From assembly GCF_027921745.1 (NCBI RefSeq), contig NC_079239.1, positions 1,612,001 through 1,676,000 of the forward strand: DNA of 64,000 nt. Reading direction: 5' to 3'. Origin of the DNA: Schizosaccharomyces osmophilus (taxonomy: Eukaryota). The notes under the pieces are model-generated. The model saw only the letters and a list, made by a program, of their open reading frames with translations, had not been told where the DNA came from and did not search any database. Each line of letters opens with the position of its first letter. Within the stretch, counting starts at the first letter, position 1. Both the position numbers and the translations under genes were made by a program. This document shows positions 36,895 through 46,019 of the stretch, one piece after another.

Positions 36895-37583
36895 CTAAAA
36901 GTAAAACAAAATTAATAGTAATATCGATGAAAGAATTCCCAGAAATCCCATAAACCACTGGTTCGTTTGAATTTTCATGCTCTTAATCTCATCAGCTAAT
37001 AGATCTACCTCCTTGATGATTTTTTGCTCCGTTTCATGAACAGAGCTATTCTTTTGAAGTCCTGCATCTTTCATCCGTCCTTTTTCCAAGTTGAGTGTTA
37101 ATCGTACTTCTGCGAGCGATGACTTAACATCGTCTCGGACGGACGATTTTATTTTTTCAGCTTCCCCTACGAGTGATTGCGAGTCTTGTCTAATTTTGTC
37201 AAACTCTTGCTCTTCAATCGTCTCTAGATAGTTTCGGATTTGGATAAACGTCTTTTTCTGTTGGAACGACACAGAATCTTGCTTCGCCTTGAATCCTATG
37301 TTTTTCTCCAACTCAGTTAGTCTAATACAACTAGTTAGTCAATTAATTCTTTCTAAATAACATACGCTTCTGCAGTAATTCCTTGCATTAGATTTGTGAA
37401 CGCTCTCGCCTTGTCTGGCGTATATCCAGCTTGCACCAATCGAGCTGTGGATTCCCGTATAACGGCTTGACTTGGCTCGTAAGAAGCTACAAGTCTTCTA
37501 AAAGATGGTATGCTGGGTCTAAATGCATTAGGGTTAACTGCACCGAACCCACGAAATACTTCCTTTCTTAGTATCCTTGACAT
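36895..37583 (-). CDS. DUF1640/CCDC90 (MCUR1-like) mitochondrial coiled-coil protein; intron 37322-37365
   Basis: Presequence-like N-terminus, LVQAGYTPDKA, LTLNLEKGRM coiled coil and C-terminal TM helix. The intron joins the two ORF-track fragments in frame. Confidence 0.78.
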
Positions 37584-38132
37584 GACTTAGACGCCCGAGA
37601 TCTAGACCGAAACGATGCTTTATCTTCAATTCAATTTTTCTTTTAAAATAAATTAGTTTTCATTAAGCATGCTTGGAATTTGAACACAAGTTTGCCAAAA
37701 AGTCAGTTAGTCTGTTGTAAACAGAATGGAATGGTATAGGGAGAAAAGTCAACACCATACTCTCCGTGCCTTGAAGACTATGAAACACATGTTCGGTAAT
37801 GATTGATTATTTGAATAAAACTTTCTTCTTTTTCTTTTTGTCTATGCTGTCCTTTCGTTTTGAGTACTAACGGAAAGTTCAGACACACTTCCTAAACATT
37901 CTGAGAAGTTACGCAGGACTCACTTTTCATGAACAGAGTAAGTTTCATTAATTAAAATAATTAAATAGGATGCTTATAACCAAGATAAATTGTTGTCAGT
38001 ATCATCTGGCTGAGAGCAAAAAATCAAAGACCTAATCTAAAGGAAAAAACAATAAAGAATCTTAAATAACTCGGCGAAGTTCAATCTATCTTTAAGTTCA
38101 TAATATAATAAACAAGTGAACTTCTTCATAAA

Positions 38133-40257
38133 CTAGAGTAAAGTCATATATGCCGTAAAGACCATAGAAACAAAACCAATAACCCACATGGTAACGTCAA
38201 GGGCGCGAAGTTTCCACGTCGTTGCACATGCCTTATAATGTAGCATGGGAGGGTACATGTAAATCAATGGTATACAACATAAACTACCAACCATACTGAC
38301 AAATTGGTCTAAACGAGAAGAGCCCCTATTATATTTAGTTAGTAACATTGAAAACCATAAATGGATTAAAACTTACGCCCAAGACACCAGAATGGCAAAA
38401 ATGACAATAAATACACGCAAGGTATTTTTCCTCCACTTCACTTTACGATTACGTTTACCACTTCTCGTAAATATTCCCTGTTCAATAATAGCTATAGCAG
38501 GGAATAACTGTAATGGTGTACTGAGCAAAATAGCCACAGCATAAAGAAACTGGATGGCAACCGTAAAAGAGCTTTGAGGCATATTAAGGATGACAACTGT
38601 TTGTACTTTTGAGCCAAAAGCAGCATACGAAAGAACACCAATTGAAATAAACAAAAGTGAAATAGCGAGCATAACTCCTGATAGCACTTTAGGAAGATTT
38701 TTGGGGTTTGCCATTTGTTCTTGTATTGGAAGAATCAGACAAATACCTTCATATGTGAAAATAGCAACGCCAATAAATAGACTAAAGTCTGTTCTGTTAA
38801 ACAAAACTACGTCAGCAATGCCCTTCGTTGCTAAAGTAAAAACATCCCAGAAGTAAAGATACAAAATTCCAAGAAGAATAAAGGCATCGGCGATCAATGC
38901 AGTAGCCGAGAGTTTTGATATTTTCCGTATCATTGACAAAGGCACAAAGACAAGGAACTGCAGAAATATAAAGATGGCAACATGGTACTCTTTGTGCGAC
39001 GCAACAACAGCTCGAACGCATGCCTGCAATGTACTGGCTACAAATGATATATATGCACTAGCAAATCCAATCTAAACTGATTAGAATATATATTACGTTG
39101 TCAAATAAACTCACTTGAGATACAACAATGGAAGTTAGAATTGCTAATCGCATTTTGGGGCCATATAAAGTGCCACCAATGTCACCGAAACTCCCAGGTA
39201 TTTTCGATCGCGTTTCAATGAGAAGAAGAAAACAGACGTGGGATAAGAGTCCCACCACCAACAAGCATATACTAGAAAAGACAAGGCCGCCCAGTAAAAA
39301 ACTACATATACGTTAATAAAATACAAAAACATGAAGAACATACGCTTTAGGCAGAAAAAGAACACCTGTTCCGACAAATGATTTCAGTAAAAGAAGGACA
39401 GCCTTCCCATTAGAAGCACTACCTTTTGGTAGTGCTTTATGACGGATTTGTTGAGAACCAAGCAAAGACTCTTGCTCTAACGTATCAGAAGATTGGATCA
39501 TCGATGGAGGAACACGTCTGGGCATGGCAAAATCTTCTTCCTCTTCTTCATCTTCTTCACTCAATTCTTCACCTGCAAAATGACCATAAACCGAAAGAAA
39601 CTCGATAAAATTTCTATTTAAGAAGTTTGGTTGGACAGATAAGTTGCTAGGGGCTCCTATAGAAAGGCTGCTAGGTCGATTTAGAAGGAAATCTCTTCGC
39701 ATACCGCCTGCTTGTTTCAGCTCCTGGATATTCCTACCCATATCGCTAGAATTAGGGTTTAAAGTTGAAAAGGAGCGAGAGCGCCCACGGCGTATAACTT
39801 GATTCTGATCCATTTCTTCTTGCCAACGATACACTTGTCGGTGGACATCACCACCTTGCAAATGTAAGGACGAAAACTCGTCGTCGTTTTTTAAAACTTT
39901 TGTGTTCAAATGACGGCGAACAATATTTGCGTCTTTTATGGTTGACATATCATCAGAAACTTGTCCTAAACGGTGCGGTACTCTTTCCTCACGTGCAAGA
40001 GAACCATAGTTTGTGTACATGGGTCTCTCATGCTCAGACGGGCGACTCGACAGCCAATTTGATTGAGAAGAAGCTGTGTCATTTTGTGGAAGCAAATCCT
40101 TTATATCATTTTGTTGAGAAAGAAATCCTTCCTGCATAGGAGAATGAGTTAAGCGATTAATCTGCTGAGATCGTCTGCTTGAGTACGATCCAACGATATT
40201 GTTACTATTGCTTTCGCTGCTTTTTCTTTTGATGTTTATTGACTTGGGTGCACTCAT
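38133..40257 (-). CDS. avt3: Vacuolar amino-acid transporter Avt3; introns 39302-39343, 39072-39114, 38326-38376
   Basis: LQGGDVHRQVYRW, FIEFLSVYGHFAGEEL, LLLKSFVGTGVLFLPKAF, FTYEGICLILPI; splice sites read in frame. Confidence 0.9.
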
Positions 40258-40589
40258 TTCAGCACCGTTTTCGAAAGAGAATGCCGATTGTTATGAATAA
40301 TTTGAAAAATTTGATCTAGATTTACGATTCCTTTCAATTAAACTGCTGAGTAAAAGTAAAAATCGTTAAATCATTGGGGTTTTCAATAAATATCAAAAAT
40401 ACCACTTCTAAGGGAATTCTAAAGCTGTATCTAGTAGAAAACTATAATACTAAGTGAACTCAATGAGCAAGAGTACATTGTCACCTAAAATGAATCAATC
40501 GATTTTTAGTGTTGGCCAACTTGCTAAGTGCAATAGTTCTCTATAAATCTTCAGACGAATTCATTCTTCCTTCTTTTTTTTTTGAATAA

Positions 40590-40984
40590 TGTCACAGGAC
40601 GAATCTCACTTGTTATGAGAATAAGTATTCAGTGGAAAAGATGTAAGTAATAACAATTCATAAAATTGTATCTTTGACTTTTAAATTGGATACTTTTGTA
40701 CTATAGAAGAATAGTAACAGCTTCCAGGGATCTGATTCACTAAGTAAGTTGTATGAACAATTTTATTTAGCTAGATCAGTCAAATCTTCCAATCTGAAGA
40801 TTTGAGCTTTCCATTAGAGGTATATATATCTTTCTAGGATTAGTCAGCTTCTATATAACTTTAGTTCTAGATTTATAAAATTTTTAATGGCAAAAATGAA
40901 AATTTAGTTTTGTAATAACGTATTTGATAATACAATACATTTATTGTATCAAGATATTAGTAATATCGTATACCGGTTATGACA
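40590..40984 (-). repeat. 3' LTR (395 bp)
   Basis: Direct repeat of 45293-45687; no mismatch found by eye. Confidence 0.96.
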
Positions 40985-40995
40985 CCTCCCCTCTT
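40985..40995 (-). other. Polypurine tract AAGAGGGGAGG
   Basis: All-purine run on the minus strand directly abutting the 3' LTR. Confidence 0.92.
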
Positions 40996-41044
40996 AAGAC
41001 GCTTTCACTTCCTTGAATTGAAAGGTCTTGTTTTCCTTGCGGTT

Positions 41045-44000
41045 CTATTGAGATGAAGCGCTGTGGTTAAATTCAACGAGTTTTGCATCTGCTTTCTGTT
41101 GAACAATATGAGTGGGGATCCAAGTGACTGAACGAAGGTAGTCGTTTGACAGTTTCGTGTGGTATAAACAGTAATAAAGCGAAGGCTTTTGGTTGTTGTC
41201 GACGTCTAATATACGGTCGATAGTTATGTTTGCTAGGAAGTTGTTTGCATGTGAGTCTGCGTTGTATGGTTCGAGTTCAGACACATGAAATGATGCAGGG
41301 TATCGTCTTCGTATTTCACGAGGAAAATTTAAAGTATAGTTGTGTTCTGCAACTTTCTTTTTAACTTCAAATGGTCCAACAAACGTTGGTTCCAGTTTGT
41401 TGTGTTGATGAAAGAATCCCACTTTACCATTCTTAATGAGTACTTGGTCACCGGATTTGAATATCGGCGGTATCTCTGTCTTGCGATTATAGTATTTTGC
41501 ATAACGTTCATTTGCTTTTCGTATGTGGTTTCTGATCTCGTGAACAGGTTCTGTTTGTGAGGATAAAAATGATGTACCGAGATCGTTTATCAATTGCAAA
41601 TCCCATTCTGTTAGTATAGGTTGTATACCAAATGCGGCCTTTACAGGGCTTACTTTGGTAGCGCTATGTTCAGCAGAGTTATAACATAACTGTGCTTTCT
41701 TCAAATATGTAGCCCAATTTCCCAAGTTGTCGTGCATATAGCAACGTAAATATGTTTCTACTATTTGGTTAATACGCTCAGTTTGTCCATTCGTTTGTGG
41801 ATGATATCCAGAAGATAATTTGAGAATTATTTTATGATCTTTGAGGTATTGTTTCCATTTATCAGAAATGAATACAGGTCCTCTGTCGGAAACGATATCT
41901 CTTGGATTGCCGTATACCGATACTATGTGATCTTCGAACATTTCAATCAGTTGTTCTGCGGTCGTGGTTGTATTACAAGGAAGAAACCAAGCCATTTTGG
42001 TGAAACGATCAACAATTGTTAAGATGGCATCTTTACCTTGAGATACTGGTAATCCAACGATAAAATCCATAGAATAATGTTGAAACGGTTTTTCTGCAAT
42101 GGGCAGTGGTTGTAAGTGACCATAGCGTTGGTGATTTCGAGTTTTACTGTGCTGACATATATCACAATTTTTAACATATTTTTGGATATCGCTTGTCATG
42201 CCTTGCCAATAAAACTTTTCGCGAATGCGATTTGTTGTGGACAGTTTTCCTCGATGTCCTCCTGAAATAGGATGATCATGGAATTGATAACATATCAACT
42301 GAACTAGTTGTGGAACTTTTGGGATGATAATTTGTCTTTTATCATTAATGATGAGGCCGTTTATTATTGTATATTGCGGATTGTCGTTGTCTTCATCTAG
42401 GATTCTTTGGAACTTTTTGTGATTGGAGTATTCTTTGCGAACATAATCGAAAACATTTGTTAGATAATTTGTCTCACTTAGTTGATTGACGGCAGCGACT
42501 TTATAATCTGGGCGACGTGAGATTGCGTCTGCTGGTTCATTCTTTCGGCCAGGTCGATATTGAATTTCGAAATTGTATAGTTCCAATTCTGTTGCCCATC
42601 TATTGATTTTGGAACGAGTATCTGTGCGAATTTTTGTAAACATAGATGTTAGATTCTTGTGATCCGTTAATATTTGAAATGGTGTTTCTGTGTGAGCTAA
42701 GAAATGATACCATTTTCGGAGAGCAGCAATAATTGCATAAGCTTCTTTTTCCCATGTTGGCCAAATGCATTGACGATCTGTGAATGTTTCTGAATAGAAA
42801 GCTATTGGATGATAAACGTTGTCTTCTTGTTTCTGCGATAGGATGGCTCCTATGGCAAAGTCGGAAGCGTCAGTTTCTAATCGAGTTTCTTTTGTTGGAT
42901 CATAGTGTTTTAACATAGAAACGTTTTCTAATTCTTTCTTGATGTTGACAAAGGCTTCTTTATGACGATCGGTCCATTTGTATTTGACATTCTTTTTTGT
43001 TAAATCATATAACGGTCGTGCCAATTTTGAAAGATTCGGCATAAATCGTCTGGAATAATTAACAAAACCTAAGAAAGATTGTAGGCGTCGCAACGTATTG
43101 GGTTCAGGCCAATTTGTAATAGCTTGAATTCTTTCTGGGTCAATCTCAAGTCCTTGATTGGAGAAGATATGACCTAAGAATTTGACTTTCTTTTGGAAAA
43201 AGGTACATTTCTCTCGATTTGCGTATAAATTTGCGTCTTGTAGCTTCTGAAATACTTTTCGTAAATGTTCCTCGTGTTCTTTTTCTGAAGAGGAAAATAT
43301 CAGAATATCGTCCAGATAAACGATAATGAAAATTCCAAGGTATGGAAAAAGTACTTTGTTAATATACCTTTGAAAATTTGCTGGCGCATTGGTTAATCCA
43401 AAGGGCATTACTTTGTATTCAAATGCTCCAAAAGGTGTCTTGAAGGCTGTCTTTCGTTCATCACCTTCTCGAATTCTAAGTAAATGATATGCTTCTTTTA
43501 GATCAATCGTACTGAAAACTTTGGCTCCGCTTAGGCAATTTATAATTTCTTCAAAGTTTGGTAATGGATACTTGTCTCTCTTAGTGATTGCATTTAGTGG
43601 TTTATAGTTTATAACCATGCGATATTTATCTGTTCCCTTTTTCGGTACAACTAGTGGAGCGCACATAAAATTTGACGAGCTTTCGCGAATTTTGCCTTGA
43701 CTTAATAATTCTTGTACTTTTTCTCTTATTGTTGCAGATTCTTTTTGTGTATATGGCCTTAATTTCGGTGCATAATCTGGTAGTTCGTTTGTGAGTTCGA
43801 TTTTTAAATCACTGTCTGAGTGTCTGGGTAAAGGAATGTCTGTAACTTCTGTGAACACTTTGTTGAATGATTTTAATATATCTTCAACTTTTAGACTTTC
43901 CTTGTTGTTGTTATTCTTTTCCTCCTTTGTCTTGTTGCCATATAAAAAGTCTAAACTTTCCAATTTTTTCAGGAGGCTCCATCCGATGAGAACTTCGTTT

Positions 44001-44335
44001 TCTGAAGTCGGAGTAATTATAAACGTTTCGTAAAACTTTCGTTTATTGATTTCTACTGGCAATGTTAAATTTCCTTTAACTTGAAGTTTGTCGTTTGTTA
44101 TTCCTAAAAACGTTCGATTTTCTTTATTGAATTTACGCGTAATTTGTTTAGCCAGGTCTTCTCTCAAGATGGATACGTTGGCGCCAGTATCTATCAATGC
44201 ATTGACCTTGAGGTTTGCAATTTTGACATCTTGATATTGCGAAGATTGCTTTTCGTAGTGTTTTTGTGGATTTCCCGCAATGATCTTGTTTATAGAGACG
44301 ACTTCATCTCTTCTAGACTTGTTCTTCTGGTTTAG
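41045..44335 (-). CDS. pol: Pol (protease, RT, RNase H, integrase with GPF motif and chromodomain-like tail); frame open from the gag stop
   Basis: LIDTGA; MPFGLTNAPA, YLDD; TDAS...DAISR; HDHPISGGH...CDIC; SMDF/SDRG/GQTER DDE triad; FVGPF; IDRILD...YY...VTW. No stop in 44335-41048. Confidence 0.95.
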   Translation of the reverse strand, partial: LNQKNKSRRDEVVSINKIIAGNPQKHYEKQSSQYQDVKIANLKVNALIDTGANVSILREDLAKQITRKFNKENRTFLGITNDKLQVKGNLTLPVEINKRKFYETFIITPTSENEVLIGWSLLKKLESLDFLYGNKTKEEKNNNNKESLKVEDILKSFNKVFTEVTDIPLPRHSDSDLKIELTNELPDYAPKLRPYTQKESATIREKVQELLSQGKIRESSSNFMCAPLVVPKKGTDKYRMVINYKPLNAITKRDKYPLPNFEEIINCLSGAKVFSTIDLKEAYHLLRIREGDERKTAFKTPFGAFEYKVMPFGLTNAPANFQRYINKVLFPYLGIFIIVYLDDILIFSSSEKEHEEHLRKVFQKLQDANLYANREKCTFFQKKVKFLGHIFSNQGLEIDPERIQAITNWPEPNTLRRLQSFLGFVNYSRRFMPNLSKLARPLYDLTKKNVKYKWTDRHKEAFVNIKKELENVSMLKHYDPTKETRLETDASDFAIGAILSQKQEDNVYHPIAFYSETFTDRQCIWPTWEKEAYAIIAALRKWYHFLAHTETPFQILTDHKNLTSMFTKIRTDTRSKINRWATELELYNFEIQYRPGRKNEPADAISRRPDYKVAAVNQLSETNYLTNVFDYVRKEYSNHKKFQRILDEDNDNPQYTIINGLIINDKRQIIIPKVPQLVQLICYQFHDHPISGGHRGKLSTTNRIREKFYWQGMTSDIQKYVKNCDICQHSKTRNHQRYGHLQPLPIAEKPFQHYSMDFIVGLPVSQGKDAILTIVDRFTKMAWFLPCNTTTTAEQLIEMFEDHIVSVYGNPRDIVSDRGPVFISDKWKQYLKDHKIILKLSSGYHPQTNGQTERINQIVETYLRCYMHDNLGNWATYLKKAQLCYNSAEHSATKVSPVKAAFGIQPILTEWDLQLINDLGTSFLSSQTEPVHEIRNHIRKANERYAKYYNRKTEIPPIFKSGDQVLIKNGKVGFFHQHNKLEPTFVGPFEVKKKVAEHNYTLNFPREIRRRYPASFHVSELEPYNADSHANNFLANITIDRILDVDNNQKPSLYYCLYHTKLSNDYLRSVTWIPTHIVQQKADAKLVEFNHSASSQ

Positions 44336-45223
44336 TCATTCGTTGGATTTTGGTTTCATTCTTGTTTTGGGGTTATCCTGATTGTTTCCTTCTTTCCCAA
44401 GAAAAGGTTTTGTCTGCCGGAAATTTGGACGGTATCCTTTTTCTGACTTTTGAGACTTGTTATATCGAACCAGGTTATTTACTGTTGTTACGGCTGCGGC
44501 GAAATTTCCATGCTCGTAATTATGTTTGAGGAGTTCATTTCTAAAATAACTTGAATGAAACGCGAATATCATGGCTTTCTCGATTGTTTCCCTATCCAAT
44601 CCGTCAAGCCATTTTTGAACCTCACTAACATTTAATTCTCCACGAGCTCCTTTAGATAAATATTTAGGGATGGGATGAAACCAAGATTTCTCTTTCTCGT
44701 TTAGAAATGTCTGTTGAAAAACCTTCTCGAAATTCCTCTGAGGTCCGGGAGTCTTCACCAATTCTCGTATCTGTTTTTGATAGTTTTTTGGGGATTTAAA
44801 ATATAAGAACGTGATTTTCTCGCGGTCGGTTGGAAATATTTTTGGTAAGTAGCCAAAAATACTTTGCATGTTCTTTTCAAAAACTGCCACGGATTGTTCG
44901 GATGGCTCAAATATTCCAGGGTTAAGCGGACTAATCATGTTTAAATATGAGTCTGCTATGGACCCGTAATGTTCATGTACCAATGCTATAATGTCCATCG
45001 GTATTTCTGGGATGAAATCTTCTTCAAGGTCCATTCGGTTTATCGACCTGTCTAGTTTTTCCTGATTTACAGCAGCGATCTGCTCGGACAAAAAGTCTAG
45101 TTTTTTGTTATAGTCGTTTTGCATATTATCCATGTGCATTTCCATTTGTGTTTGCATTTGCGCTTGCATATGCGCCTGCATTTGTTGAACGACATATTCA
45201 CTCCCAACACTTCCGGAATCCAT
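44336..45223 (-). CDS. gag: Retrotransposon Gag (295 aa)
   Basis: First ORF after the PBS, ATG 70 nt from the 5' LTR, basic C-terminus, ends in TGA in frame with pol. Confidence 0.85.
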   Translation of the reverse strand: MDSGSVGSEYVVQQMQAHMQAQMQTQMEMHMDNMQNDYNKKLDFLSEQIAAVNQEKLDRSINRMDLEEDFIPEIPMDIIALVHEHYGSIADSYLNMISPLNPGIFEPSEQSVAVFEKNMQSIFGYLPKIFPTDREKITFLYFKSPKNYQKQIRELVKTPGPQRNFEKVFQQTFLNEKEKSWFHPIPKYLSKGARGELNVSEVQKWLDGLDRETIEKAMIFAFHSSYFRNELLKHNYEHGNFAAAVTTVNNLVRYNKSQKSEKGYRPNFRQTKPFLGKEGNNQDNPKTRMKPKSNE

Positions 45224-45276
45224 TTCCGTATTTCTATTTGTTTAATTTGAAATTGAACGAAACTATTTCCACCTAG

Positions 45277-45288
45277 AGATTGGAAGAT
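45277..45288 (-). other. Primer-binding site ATCTTCCAATCT, self-priming type
   Basis: Separated from the 5' LTR by 4 nt. Lacks the TGG of tRNA PBSs. Exact reverse complement of LTR-internal AGATTGGAAGAT (45498-45487, minus strand). Confidence 0.8.
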
Positions 45289-45292
45289 AAAT

Positions 45293-45687
45293 TGTCACAG
45301 GACGAATCTCACTTGTTATGAGAATAAGTATTCAGTGGAAAAGATGTAAGTAATAACAATTCATAAAATTGTATCTTTGACTTTTAAATTGGATACTTTT
45401 GTACTATAGAAGAATAGTAACAGCTTCCAGGGATCTGATTCACTAAGTAAGTTGTATGAACAATTTTATTTAGCTAGATCAGTCAAATCTTCCAATCTGA
45501 AGATTTGAGCTTTCCATTAGAGGTATATATATCTTTCTAGGATTAGTCAGCTTCTATATAACTTTAGTTCTAGATTTATAAAATTTTTAATGGCAAAAAT
45601 GAAAATTTAGTTTTGTAATAACGTATTTGATAATACAATACATTTATTGTATCAAGATATTAGTAATATCGTATACCGGTTATGACA
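45293..45687 (-). repeat. 5' LTR (395 bp) with TATA element at 45524-45531
   Basis: Direct repeat of 40590-40984. TATATATA begins 33 nt upstream of the predicted transcript start. Confidence 0.96.
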
Positions 45688-46019
45688 AATAAAAGTAAGA
45701 AATAGAAAAGATTATTATAACCTATAGTTTGTATTTGTAATCTTGCAAAACGAGGATCTAGAGGAATTTGGACGAATTGGTGAACAAAACCATTCTCTCA
45801 AGGCAATCTGGGTTATTGTGGTGAATTTTTAAAATTAAATAGATTGGATACTTGAATACTCAAGGTATTTCTTATCAAAGGTAAAACAATTATCTTTTTG
45901 TTGCAATTGATGCTCTATTCTTCGTAAGTACTCTTCTTGAGTTACAAACAGTCTTTTTTTTTTTGGAATTTTCTTCATTTTACTTTTTGGCTTTTGGTTC
46001 TTTTCTTCTTAAAGTTTGC

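Larger units (their letters stand above)
40590..45687 (-). mobile_element. Full-length Ty3/gypsy (chromovirus, Tf/Tj-like) LTR retrotransposon, 5098 bp, 5-bp TSD AATAA
   Basis: Two 395-bp LTRs with TGTCA...TGACA ends. AATAA at 40585-40589 and 45688-45692. Domain order gag-PR-RT-RH-IN-chromodomain; PPT and PBS present. Confidence 0.97.

Noticed and set aside
44198..44345. Ribosomal frameshift or separate pol start
   Set aside because: Gag and pol share a frame. The ORF-track start at 44197 is a TTG inside the protease motif, and the ATG overlapping the stop opens only an 8-codon out-of-frame ORF.
45270..45292. tRNA-type primer-binding site
   Set aside because: No TGG (complement of CCA) next to the LTR; self-complementarity explains the site better.
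45963..46019. ORF-track N-terminal extension of pcs2 from TTG
   Set aside because: Non-ATG start in T-rich UTR-like sequence; the first ATG is at 46020.
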